The translations under genes were made by a program, and so were the position numbers. The notes below the pieces were generated by a model that did no database searches, had not been told where the DNA came from, and worked only from the letters and a program-made list of their open reading frames with translations. A stretch of 64,000 nucleotides of DNA, from assembly GCA_964234715.1 (NCBI GenBank), contig OZ174288.1; one strand, given 5' to 3'. This stretch comes from Podarcis melisellensis (taxonomy: Eukaryota). Positions 11,026 through 23,800 of this stretch are shown piece after piece; within the stretch, counting starts at the first letter, position 1; every line of letters starts with the position of its first letter.

Positions 11026-14000
11026 GACTGCCCCCCCCAGTGCCCTGCCTCCCTCCTTGCTGCTAGAGCGCCACATGCTCCCAGCCTGAGGACTCCTCCC
11101 AGCCCAGCCTACATCCATCTCCAGGGCCAAAACTAGTTCCTTCTCTAAGGAAAAGCCCAACCAATGGAATTCAGGGTCGCTTTGCTTGCTTTTGTGCTTC
11201 TGTTGAGGCTTCCAAACACACACACACACTTGCACAGCTCTCTTTGCTGCCGTGAGAGACTCCCTTGGCTTCTGCTGCAGACTGCTGACTTCAGTGTAGA
11301 TGAGTTAAGCCAAGCCACGCGCACAGCCCAGATCATGTGGGGCGGGATTATTACTGTGACTTTCCGATTTTATCATGCAACTGTGTTTCGTCAGGGAGCT
11401 TTGAAACATCTCCGTGTGAGAGGCCACCATTGTTTCTGCTGCCACTTCCTCCCTTCTAGTTGGTCTCTAGTTGGTATCCAGCACTTGTAACCGCTGCTGC
11501 AAGCGGATGGACGCCCTTGCCGAATCCTTCAGGTTGTGTCCAGTTGCAGGATTCTCCATGGATGGTACTTCTAATTGCATGTTTTGCAGATAGATACACT
11601 CCGGCACAGGTGGTAAGAGAGGGAAAATTTGAATGTGGCACTTAATCCTGGAAATCAAATTTCATACAATTTTAAACATGGAATTTTAATTTGATGCATT
11701 TACATGTTGAACTAAGGAGCATTAAAGTTACCAGCATGCTTTTAACTAATACTAACTGAGAGGTTGCCTAGTTAGTACCAAGCTGTATTGATGTAGTAAA
11801 TAGACTCTTCACCTTTTCCAAAGAGGGGGAGGGGGAGCAAGCTGGTTCTTTCCAGGGTGGAGCACTGCAGGGGGCTGGCCTGTTGTGCCTGGGGAGAGAA
11901 GTGCGGTTGTACAACTGATGACTTGATTTGTTGTCTCTTTGTATAATGAGGTGTACAAATATATTCCTGTCTTGTTCAATGGCAAAGCGTCAGACCTTTT
12001 AGCAACTTTGAAAATATTTTACATGATTTAAATATATTTAAGCCCCTCCACTAATCAGACTAATTGTTGTGTTTATGTAAAAATGTTGATACAAAGGAGG
12101 GGAAGTGTATGGTACTTGAGTCATATCTATCAAATGTTTCATATCGTTCTTTTGTCCTTTTCCTATTAAACTGTTATGGTCAAACATTTCTTGTAACATA
12201 GCAAAGATATTGCTTTCTCACTGCAAGCATTCTTTCTCTATGGTGTGCTCTGATATCTGGGTATCTGAAGCTTTTTTGCAGGGAGGGGAACAGGTTCTTG
12301 TCCAGACACCAGTTCTCTTCCTCACCCCCCAAAAGTACTGGTACCACTTCTGTTCACTTTTCACTTGTACCGTAAGAGAGAATTATTTCACTAGTGCTGA
12401 GCAAGAGGTGTCAGATTTAGGTTCCATTTTGAAGGTGAGGGTTTCTCTTGCCCTTAAAGTCAGGAGTAGACTTGGAAGTGGAGAGTGTCTGGTTGTTGCT
12501 GGAAATAAGAGAATCTGCTCTTTTCAAAGTTCCACCAGCACAAGGTGAATAGCACTTCTGGAACAGATGAGGCTGGTCTACTGTTATCTCTAGTTCTGTC
12601 TACAAGTTGGACCATTTTTCCTGTAAAGCTTTGACACACCCATGTGTTTGTTCATACATGCATACTGTCTGCAGAAGCCATCACATGGAACATGGATGTA
12701 TTCTTTTCCTGCAGCCAGGCAATGCAACCATGACTCTTAACAAGCCACCAGAAGTAGTGGAGCCAAGTAGAAGTGCTTTTGGCAGTGAGAATCCCCTTCC
12801 AACAGCTGTCAGTCATGCTGGTTGTTTTTCTTCCTTCCCCCACCCCTTGGTAAAACTGAATCCCATTGGGTGAAAGCAAGTGGCAACTTAACATCACCCA
12901 CAACTGTATTAGATTGTCTCAGGAGAGGTGCTGGGAAGCTCCTCTCTGGAAAATGATGACACACACAGATTTGACTTCTCCCATGGATGATGATTGTTCT
13001 GCACAATTCATCTAATGATTCAAGGAGTCTTTCTAGTAAGAAATGTCCAGCGATACTATTATGTTGGCAGAACTGCTCTGCGACTGCACCAGAGGACACA
13101 TTTTTCTGCTTGGCTTGCCTAAATTTGCTGGCTGCATCCTGCTATTTACTTGGATTAAGAGGAAGCATCTCTGCCCCATTAAAAATGGTGCCCCATTTCT
13201 TCCGGTAAAGCAGTCTCTCTCAGCCTTGAGTAGAGCCAGTGGGAGGATGATAAGAAAAATAGCACTAAAGGGGAAGAGTCAGTTTGGACCAAGGGGGAAC
13301 AGACAGGAGGAGCAGAGAAGGGGAAAGAGATCCAGTCATCTCACTTTCACAGCAGGTCTGAAGCTTCGAAAGGCAAGAGAGCGGAAATGCTGGTTCAGGT
13401 GGCTGAGAGGACACCTTTAGAATAGGTGATAATATAATTCAAGTCCGGAGTAGGGTTGAGGTATCTAGTTAACGGCACTCTCCATACTCTTGCTCTCAAC
13501 TAAAGCATCTCTCTTCAGCCACTTTCAGGACAAGTGCAATAGTCTTAAAAGCCGTGTTTGTCACAGTTCACACTGCTGCAAATATTAGACCTTGGGAGGC
13601 GGGTAGCATTTTGCTGCTGCATTTGACTGGATTACTAAACTGCTTTGAGGGGTGGTTGTGGTTGTTGTTTTTACAATCAAGTGTATATAAATAAACCACA
13701 CATAAGGCTGAGTGTTTTGGAAAAGTTCTGTTTGAATTACCACGCAGACAACACCATCAGGTATTTGGTCCAGGAAGACAAGCTGGGCTGGGTCTGCTAA
13801 CTCGTAAAAAAGTGACACAAAACTTTTGTGTCCCAAACCCAGCTTCTGACACTGCTTCTCACTTGCCTCAGATTCACACATCTTCTGCATTGTGAAAGAC
13901 CTAGAATTGTATGGAAGCTTCCCATCAATTAAGGAGCAAACTAATGTGTGAAAAGCTTGTTTCAGTTTATGCAAACTTGTTTCTGAAATCCATGAAGCTC

Positions 14001-14598
14001 AAAGTGAAAGTTCCAAATGAGAAGCTCTGGATTTTTCAGGCATTAATTCTGGTTATAGAAATAAACATGAGACCTAGGTTAGTATCTTCAGTGATGAATT
14101 ATTTCATGGGGTAGTGATATAAATTAGCTTGGGATAGCTAATTCTTGTCTACAATTATTATAAGCAATTGCAACCTTTTGGTATGCATGGTACTTAGAAG
14201 CAAATCCCACTGAGTCTATGGGACCTACTCCCAGGTAAGTGTACATAGGAGTGCACATACTTTTAAGTGGTGATCAAGCTGAACTCTCCAATAGTAAAAG
14301 TTGTAAAAATATCCAGTTTTATTGCTACTTCATAGTTACATTATAGGGGTATTTATTTCTGAGCTTTTTCCTCTTAAAAATTGAGTTCCTTCTGTTGCTG
14401 CATGATGATGCTTATGTCTGCATACTGTTTCTAATCCCAGATAATAAAACCCTCCTGTTTATTATGGTGATTGTTTCAAGTTTCAGCTTTTTTATTTCCT
14501 CATTTCTTTCTAAGTGGAAAACCTAAGTGTTGTATAACTTAAGATACGGCAGCTTGCAGTTTCATCTCTTAACACACAGCATTTGTATTGCATGTTTG

Positions 14599-14604
14599 AA
14601 TAAA
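14599..14604 (+). terminator. Candidate distal poly(A) signal of PDPK1 (3'UTR ~3.6 kb)
   Basis: AATAAA at the end of a long AU/U-rich tract downstream of the stop codon; an alternative AATAAA lies near 14443. Confidence 0.45.
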
Positions 14605-15903
14605 ACATATCTGCGCTTCATTCACGTTCCCAAAATAGCAAAGCAAATTTAGGTTTGGATAAGTAAACATCGCATATTCCATGGTTCAAAACTTCTGAAT
14701 TCCCCTATCTGCATTACATATTGCCAGTATGGAAACTGCTGAAGAAAAACGTTGATCCATCGTTAAAGCAAAATACTCGTGGATCCTCCATGTCGTCCTG
14801 TATCAATCTGCCAATGGATTGGGACGCGCTCTCTCCCTCCATGTCCCACGGTCCACATTGGCTTGCATCATTCACTTATTTTTCAGGAGCTGGGGAAGGA
14901 AGGAAGGCAGTCTCCAGTTCCCAGCCTCTTTTTTGTGTGGGGGCCATGTATTAGCACAGAAGTGGCTGCTGGGTCCTGAGTGGGAAAAGAACACACAGGC
15001 CCCATTATGCTGCATTAGAGTAAGGCTTGCAGTGTCAAACATTACTCCCCCCCCCCCCAAAGGTATTTTAAAAGCTGCTTTTTAGGTTTAAGGCTAACCT
15101 TTCAAAGAAATGAGGGCTGTAATGGCCAACATCAGATCAGTGTATTCATGAGAATGCAGCTAGTGCTATATCCCCCACATAGAGGACATTTCCACCCACC
15201 CCGGCAGCAAAACACCTGCCATGTGTTCTTCTGCTAACCATGAAGCCCCGAGCCAGTCCAGGCAATGTGATCCAGATCCATTTCATTTGGGGTTTAGGCC
15301 CAACTAGGCACAAAAACTGCTTTAGTGGCCCTGTATGATGATCTCTGTCAGAAGAGAGAGGAAATGTGCCTCTTCTCCTTGACCTGTCAGTGGCTTTCAA
15401 TGCTATCAGCCATGGTATCCTTCTGGAGTGGCTGTCCAAGTTAGTGGTGGTTGGCACCACTCTTCATGATCATGTGATCAAGGGTGATGCTTGGAGAGTG
15501 CTATTCTGCTCTGTGGAGCCTTCAGTGCAGGGTTCCTCAGGGTTTTATCCCCCATGCTACATGAAGCAGCTGAGGGATTATCTGGAGTTTTGGAGTATGC
15601 TATCAGCAATATGTGGATGACACACAGCTCTACTCCTTCACATCTGCAGGTGAGGCAGTGGATGTGCTGGATCGGTGTCATGCCTTGGTAATGGCCTGGA
15701 TGAGAGCCAACAAACTGAAGCTTAATCCTGATAAGACTGAGGCACTGTTAGTGGGCAGTTCCCTAGACCAGATGGATGGGAGGTTGCCTGCTCTTGAAGG
15801 AGTTTAACTCCCTGTAAAGGAGCTGATGCACAGCTTGAGGGTACTTCTAGATCCATTGCTTGTCACTTGAGGCTCAAGTGGTCTTGGTTGCACAGAGTGC
15901 CTT

Positions 15904-16032
15904 AGAATTATAGAATTGTAGAGTTGGAAGGGTCCCTGAGGGTAATCTAGTCCAAGCCCCTGCAATGCTGGAATATGTAGGTATGAGGATCAAACCCAGG
16001 ACCTTGACATTATTAGCACCATGCTCTAACCA
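15904..16032 (-). mobile_element. SINE with tRNA-Ile(AAT)-like head and CR1-type tail, inserted in the L2 remnant
   Basis: Minus strand reads tggttagagcatggtgctaataatgtcaaggtcctgggtttgatcc (tRNA-Ile-like), then cattgcaggggcttggactagattaccctcagggacccttccaactctacaattctataattct. Confidence 0.8.
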
Positions 16033-16423
16033 TCAGTTTAGACTGGTGGCCCAGCTGCACCCCTGTCTGGACAGGAATAGCCTAACTTCAGTTAATTATG
16101 CTCTTGTAACCTCTAGGTTAGATTACTGCAATGTGTTATACGCAGGGCTGCCTCTGAAGATGGTTCGAAAATGTCAGAGGGCACAGAATTCAGGAGTCAA
16201 TATGCTTGGAGTTGTTCACCAGGACAATATGCTTTGATCATATAACACTGATCCTTTCCCAGCTTCCAGTAAGTTTCTAGGCCCAATTCAAAGTGCTGGT
16301 TTTGAGCTATAAAGCCTTAAAAACTACTCAGGACCTCAAGGATGTAAACTACTGATATGACCTGAGGCCCTTGGTGCGCCTTTTCTGCGGAGGCTCCCTC
16401 TTTATGTTTTGTGCCTTCATTAC

Positions 16424-16694
16424 TGTTAAGTTGTGGGTGAACATATTAGACGACCCAGTGATTCTTCAAGCAGCTCTTGTTTATTCACAGGCCAGAACAG
16501 AACTGAACTAAAGGGTTCAGCCAGCCGGCTTATATAGAGCTCCACTACAACGCAATAGTAACTACTTTCTGTAACTATCCAATCACTGAACGTCACTTTC
16601 AATCCCTTATTTGCACATGTGGACCTGGGTGAAAACTTATCTACAGTACAGTATCCCCCCTGCTGGCCCAGGGTGAAAACATCAGTACATAACA
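16424..16694 (-). mobile_element. Solo LTR (271 bp)
   Basis: TGTTA...TAACA termini; perfect 5-bp TSD ATTAC (16419-16423 / 16695-16699); minus-strand TATA (ctatataag) followed by AATAAA. Confidence 0.88.
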
Positions 16695-16929
16695 ATTACA
16701 GATTACTAGGTGCCAGGCAAAAACATTCCTCTTCTCCCAGGCCTTTGGCTGATTGATCCAAGGTCTTTAAAATTCTGTTGGGGGGTGGGTTATTGTTTTT
16801 TGTTTACTGCTATGTTATGTGCTTTTGTGCTATAAACTGCCCTGTAAGCCTAAAATGAAGGGCGGTACAGAAATTCAATTTAACTAAATAAATGTGGGCA
16901 GACATAGAGCTCCTGCTCCCCCCTCCTCC

Positions 16930-17800
16930 ATCGGCGCGGAAGAAGAAGAGACCAGGCGAGGCGGAGGTGAGATAGTAAAAGCGGCCGGCAAGCAAAGAGT
17001 TAATCAGCGCCTCCGCCCCTCTTCCCGCTGGCGTACCCAGCAAGCAGAAGAAGCCCGCAGAAGGGGAGGGGCCTCTCTCCTCCCTCACTTCCGGACGGCA
17101 GGGGGCGGAGCCACATCGCCGCCGCCGCACATGCGCTCTCGGAGAGCCTGCTGGGACAGCTGCCCGGAGGGGACGCCTTTCGAAGGCGGACCTTCCGGCG
17201 CGCAGCCAGGATGGCGGCGGAGGGCTCCTGCGAGCTGCCGGTGGTGCCGGCGGCAGGGCTTGGCCTGTCCGGGGCTCCCTCCGCCTCCTGCCGGCGCTGC
17301 AGCAGCAGCTCCAGTTCGTCGTCGTCGTCCTTCTCCTCGCCTTCGTCGTCGTCCTCGTCGTCGTCGTGCGGGGGCTGCCTCGCTCCCCCGGCCCCTCCCG
17401 TCGCGGGCGGCGTGCCCGGGAAATGGGTCCGGCTGAACGTGGGCGGCACCTGCTTCCTCACCACCCGGCAGACGCTCTGCAGGGACCCCAAAAGCTTCCT
17501 TTTCCGCCTCTGCCAGGCCGACCCGGACCTCGACTCCGACAAGGTGAGGGGGTGCCGCCGCCGCATTCTGCAGGTGCTCCGGGGACAGGCCGGGCGAAAA
17601 CCCCATAGCTTGGCCGCCCCACCGCGGGCACTAGGCTGAAGGGCCCCCGTTTTGCTGCCCCGGTTCCTCCCGGAGTGCCGGGCTCTGCGTGAGAAAGAGC
17701 CGCTCAGACCACCTGTGTCAGCGGCGCCGTCGTTACCGTGAAAGAGGCGCCCACCGTCAGGTTCCCGCTCTTTTCTGGTCGGTTACCCGGGAGGTTGGCC
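16930..17800 (+). promoter_or_regulatory. CpG-island promoter of KCTD5
   Basis: High GC and CpG content; ETS-like cacttccgg (~17086), GC box gggggcggagc (17101) and NRF1-like gcacatgcgc (~17127) upstream of the ATG at 17211. Confidence 0.8.
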
Positions 17801-20800
17801 GCCTTTTCTCCCGCATCTAGGCAGGCAACTTTTAAGTGTTGAGCATGTATAATTAGTATGCATTGAGCACAGTAGGACTTGCTTCCGAGGAAACATGCAT
17901 AGGGTTGCACTTCGAGTTCACGAGGGATCCACACTGTCTTGAGCAGAGGGTGTGGAGCGACGGGGTTGAAGGGAGATCTCAGTGCCAGCTCAAAGCATCT
18001 TGCTGCCTGAAGTGGGGCACCAGCCGTAGCCCCCTTTCTATAAAAGGGACCCTTCCTATGCCTGTGCAAAACCCACCTGGGCCTCAGTGGGCATGCTGCT
18101 GGTCGCTAGGCATACGGCGAGAGAGAGACTTCAGTACTGAAGCGCTGGGCCCCACCAAAGCCCGCAAGTCTTAAAAATGTGTGAAGTTTTCAGTTTATCA
18201 GAACTCTCTAGCAAGCAAGATATTACCACACAGCAAGGTTTTATGAGGGGAAATCAAACCCAAATATAGTTGCTGTGGCTATGTGGCCAACTGGTTTGTC
18301 TTGGTTCCAGCTTGGAGATAAAAGACCAAACGGGTTCATCCTAGGGGCTGCATGAACCAGGTGACCCACCTGGGAGTATGTCCTCATGATTTGAGAAAAT
18401 AAAGCCTGACTTGTAACCCTAACGTTTCTAACACCCTAGACAAAAGATAGATTTCTTAGGCAGAACAGAACTAACAAGACATGGTAGTATTATTTCACTT
18501 TTAAATCTAGGAGGGCCGTCAAAGGTTGTCTGATCCAACTTACTGTTGATGTAGAACATCAACTTTGGGAAAGAGACTGTATTTCTTGAGAGTCACTCTA
18601 AAAGGCTTGTTCAAAACAGCTTTGTCTCTGGGCTTCTTTTAGTAGATTGAAGGTTCTCTTGTTTTACCCAGGGGGATCTATGATTCTCCAAATGCTGGTG
18701 GACTGTGACTTCCATCATCCATGGCTGGCAGAAGGAGCTAATGGGGGTTGGAGTCCAACATCTGCAGAGCACCAGATTAGCAAAGGCTGCTCTAGACTCT
18801 GCATATCTGGGCTCTGGGCATCTCCAGGCCTTGACTTCTCTTCACCAGACAGGTTCCTCTTCTCTGGGGCCAGGATGCCAACTTGAATCAAATATTTGCG
18901 GGGGGGGGGGGCAGGTAAGCTCCAGTCCACATAACTGATCATATGATGCAGTATAACACACCATTTGAATGGCAATGCCCATCAACTTTAGCCAAATATA
19001 TTTTATTGGGGAGGTCGAAGGAGACCTTCGCCCCTAGGAGTTGGCTCCTTTTCTCTGGAGTAAAGTTATTCTCTCTTCTGGTTGGACTCATAGATGAAGG
19101 CAACATGCAGAAAGTCTGCTCCCAACAGACTAACTCAGGAATAGCTAACTTGGTGCCCTCCTTATGTTGGACCGTGACATGCTTCAGCGCCAGCCAGCAT
19201 GACAAATGGTCAGGGAAGGTGGGAGTTGTAGTTCAGCAACAACTGGAAGGCACCATGTTGGTTGCTCCTGGACTTGAATAAGGAATCTTCAAAGGGGTAG
19301 TGAAACTGTTGGACTTTAAGCTTTAATGCAAATGTGACGCCTCTTTTTGCATTTCATTTCCATATGATCTCACTGTTTGTATTTCTTTCTCTGTACCTAT
19401 GTAGCAATGACATGCAATGTATCTGATGAGGTAGATGCTAGTCCATAAAAGCTTACAGTCTTCATAGTGCCCCTGGCTGTTCAGTTAATTGTTAAGTGTG
19501 CCTTGGCAGTGGTCAGATTGCACTCCAGTCCTGAAAGACTCAGTTGGCATATAGCTTAAGCTTGCTTTTAATGACTCAAGTGAGCTGCCTCTCCTTGCCC
19601 TTTAGTTCCTGATAACGCCCCTTGTGTATTGCCTCAGAGTGCAAGTCTGAACTTGCCTAGATCATGTTGTTTATTGATGCTGGTTCTTACTTAACTTTTT
19701 AAATATTCATTAAAAAATAGAGTAGCTACTTTCATAAACAGTGGGCATACACTAAGAAAATCAGACTGTTGAAACAGCTGTCTCCCAGTATGTCTTGTCA
19801 TATTTGCTCATGAGACAATTGTAGGAGGGGGAGAGAGTCCACCTTTCAGGTTGCTCCTACTGGCATAAGTACTGCCAAGCAAAAAACAATTTCTCATGTC
19901 AGTATGATCCTAGTATGTCAGTTTCTCAGATAAGCTATTTCCACAGTTTCCCCCCCACTGTAGTCTTTTCCATTGCTTGGCTAATTCTAGCCACACTACC
20001 ACAAGCATAATAGTAATCAGATCCTTATGGAGCAAATATTTATTAGGTCAGTTGAGTAAGCTCAGCAGTGCAAGATTACAGTCTACTCAGATTTGTTTTC
20101 TGATAAGAATAGAGCTGTGCTCTTGATTGTGCTCTTTAATCATGGGGTCAGCAAAATTCAGTGCTGCTGGACTCCACATTGTACACCTCTGTGCCAAACT
20201 CTGCTTTCTAACTTTAGAACTGTGGCAAGCCAGTAATGAAGTGGGGGAAGGAGCGGGATAGATTCTCATGGATCCATGGTTTTTACATGAAGGTGCCTCA
20301 AATCCACTATCAAACCAGTGCTTATATCTTTGTCCATGGACTGCTCCATAAAAATCACAGTTCATCATGGTGCCAAAAATTAGACCCAGGGTAAAACTCA
20401 TTCAGATCCAAGAAAAGCCATTTCCAGGTTTCATGTTTTTGCTAGTGGTGCAAAGACTCACCAGAATTGTGAGTTTTGCAATACAGTTGTTGCATACTTA
20501 GAGAGATAATTTGCATCCTCAAAACCCATCCATCCACAAGTAGGCTGCATATTTATTGTAAGATACCAATCAATGCAACAGGACCTGGATCCTTCAGTGT
20601 GGATTTTCACGGCATGGACTGAAAGCACCAAAAAATTTATTGGCCTTAAGTTTGCAACAAGAATGGAAAATACCTTGTAGCATCGTGCTACGAATATTGT
20701 ATATTATGTCCTGTAAGTACCAGAACAGACACTGAATTGGTAATCCATGAATGTCCAGAGTGGGACTGGAGTTTACATTTAATCATTACATGGATCCATC

Positions 20801-23800
20801 AGGATCTGGCCATCAGAAATGGCTAATTTTTGTGATGAGTAACCAGAGGTGTGAACTATAATGATAAGACAAAGGTGGTCAAAGGTGGTCAAGGGTTCTA
20901 TTTGAAAAAAAAAGAATGATGTATGAAGATCAGTGCTTCATTCCCAGTTTTTTTGCACCACAAGCATCACGTAGTATTAGTTTTACAATTTTATAATGTT
21001 CATTGTCTTTTGATAGTGAATTTGGGGCATTTTCATGTAAAAATGTGGTCTGATGTTTCTCTGTATTCCAATGGGCATTTATAAAAATACTTATATATCA
21101 CTATTTCATAGAAAAAAATCAAAGCAGTTTACAATAATGCATAAAACTATACAAACAAAACCCTAAAAATTTAAAATACGACATCAGTTAATTGTCATGG
21201 TATTAGATGTGGATTGTGATTATGCAGTGGATTTTGAGTTTCTCTATTTAAAAAATGCTGAGCTTCTTTTCCTGAGAACTACCATTCTGGCCCCTGTAGA
21301 ATTGAAAGATAGTGACTCTTATGTTTTCAATGCAATCAGTGGGGATAGATGCAGGTTGTGAGTAGCTGGTATATTTTTGGGAGCTGCTTTATAAGAATCA
21401 AGAAGATCCATGCCTAGAATCTAGGTTTTTGCAGTATGGTAATGTCACAAAACACTGGATCCGTGATCTTTGTAGTTCATTCTGCCACCATATTTATTTA
21501 TTGTTGGATTCCTCCTTTCAGAGTAAAAACTCCCAATGTGGTTTCCGTAGAAGCAGTAGCATACAATACTTAAAAAGAGCCCATCTGGTCCAGCACCCTG
21601 GACTCACCAGGTGCTTGAATGAATAGGCCACAAACAATACCTGAATACAGCAGCAGCAGCAGCTCTCTCCCTTTTGGGTTTCCCTCCAACTGAGCTTCAG
21701 AGACATAGCACCTCTGACAGTGGAGGTGGAGCATAGCCATTGTGGCTAGTAGCCATTGGTAGCTGGATCTTCCATGAATTTGTCCAATCCTTTTTAAAAG
21801 CTGTTCAAGTTGGTGGTCATCACTACTTCTTGCAGGAGTAAATTCTGTAGTTTAACTGTGTGCTGTGTGAAGAAGTCCTTCCTTTTTTCTTTTTAAAAAA
21901 TCTTAGTGGAAATTCAGTTCTTGTGATTTCCTTTATTTTAGTTTTGGTTTTGCATTTTCACTTTTATTCATTATTATTGTCACAACATCCATATTTCTAT
22001 ATCAAGGAAAAATGAATGAAAAGTCCTTCGTTTTGTCTGTCCTAAATCTTCAAAAGTTCAGCCTGTTGTGTGGCCCTGAGTCTTGAGGGAGGGAGAGGTT
22101 TCTGTACACCGTGCATAATTTTATACACCTCTGCCATGTCCCCCCCCCCCAACTCATTTTTCCCCTCTAAATATTATAAATTGCAAATGTTAAAGCCAAT
22201 GCCATAAAAACAAATAATATCAGGGCAAATTTAATAATTGGAACCCCCCCTATGAGAAAGCACGATAACAAAATTGCCGTTCAGGAAAATGCTGTGAGCC
22301 TTGATTGGATGGTGAATTTTTGTGTTCAGCTCATAAAAATAATGTGAATTCAGAGGGCTCTGGCAACCTTCTGCAAAATCGTATTTCTGTACAGGTGTGT
22401 AACAAAATACCTTTTAAGCCCCTTTGATGTTTTATTAAACAGCCCCTCTTCTTGACAGGAGGAGGAGATTTTTGCTGATATCCTGTTCGGTTCCTTTTGC
22501 CTTCCAAAAATCTTCTCCAGATGGTTGAGGGACCCACCAGAACCTTTGGGTAGGGGAGATTGCTGGGGTCTGCAGGGAGAATTGGAGAAAGGCATCTTCC
22601 TGCAATGGATACCTCAACTCAGTTAGAGCACATTTTATGAACTGTAGGGACCATTCAATACATTTCTAAGCCTGGATCTAACCCGGATATTTGAGGGCTT
22701 TATTGCTTTGGTTGCAATTTTAGGTTTATTATTTAGTATAAAGACCATAACTACTGGTTGAATGAAATGGATTGTTCTCATTTGGATAAATGTTACTAAG
22801 CTTTTCTTACCCCACATTAATATAAATTGTCATTTGAGCCAAATTATTAATTTTCACAATCCCTTGTGGTAATTGATTAGAGATTAGAAACTAGCTGAGT
22901 AGTAGCTCTGTTTCACAATTAAGACCTCCAAACTGAAGCTCTGATTATTCATTAATGCAGAGCACTGAATCCTTGGTGGAAGCTTCTGATTTATGACATG
23001 GATGAGGGCATGTCATGGTTGGAATGTCAGGATCTCTGTGGGGTCTCACATTAATTTAATCTGGTATTTTAATTTAGTTGGCTGATCTGGGAATAGGGTG
23101 GCTTAAGTGTGATAAGACAATTTCTATATAAATAAGTAACATACATATTTTAATTAGGACGAAACAGGTGCCTACTTAATAGACAGAGATCCAACCTACT
23201 TTGGACCGGTGTTGAATTATCTCCGACATGGGAAACTGGTTATCAATAAAGACCTCGCAGAGGAAGGTATGTTTTGCTGTTTAGGAAAACTGCTTTAATG
23301 TTTGATCACAGCTGTGAAAAATCACTTTGGGTGTACAGTAATTGGTTTCACTTACGCAAAGCATGGCAGCCTGTTTGGGCTGGGCTAGTTTGTAGCATTG
23401 CTCTACAACTTGCAGTGGCCTTCAGATCTTGAGACCTGAATGATCCTTTAGAAACCAGGATCCGGCACCTGAAGTGCTGTGAGGTCACTGTTTTGGGGAG
23501 GTTGTTGGCTGGTGCATGACCTACCTGGAACACTCCTCTCTCCTGGGCTTTCTCTTTCTGCTTTGGTCTTGGAGCAGAGGCCTTGCCTCATCCTGACCAG
23601 GGCAACGCTTCAGAGGGACAGTCTGTCGCTTGGCCATGCAGTGCCTCTCAGGGCCTGTTGGTGACACAGACTTTCTCACAAGCAGCTGGAGTTTTATGAG
23701 GCCCTCTTTTGACTTTGTGTTCCCCTCCAATCAGGTGTGCTTGAAGAAGCTGAATTCTACAACATCACATCCTTAATCAAACTTGTAAAGGACAAAATAA

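Larger units (their letters stand above)
15270..16893 (+). mobile_element. Degenerate L2-clade LINE 3' fragment (reverse transcriptase remnant) carrying nested insertions
   Basis: Frameshifted RT motifs LLLDLSVAFNAISHGILL, DDTQLY, WMRANKLKLNPDKTE, SRLDYCN; ends in a taaataaat-type tail near 16890. Confidence 0.85.

Noticed and set aside
16894-17639. Several long overlapping ORFs on both strands, including an acidic DDEDDD run
   Set aside because: They are alternative-frame or antisense shadows of KCTD5 exon 1 and its (TCG)n repeat.
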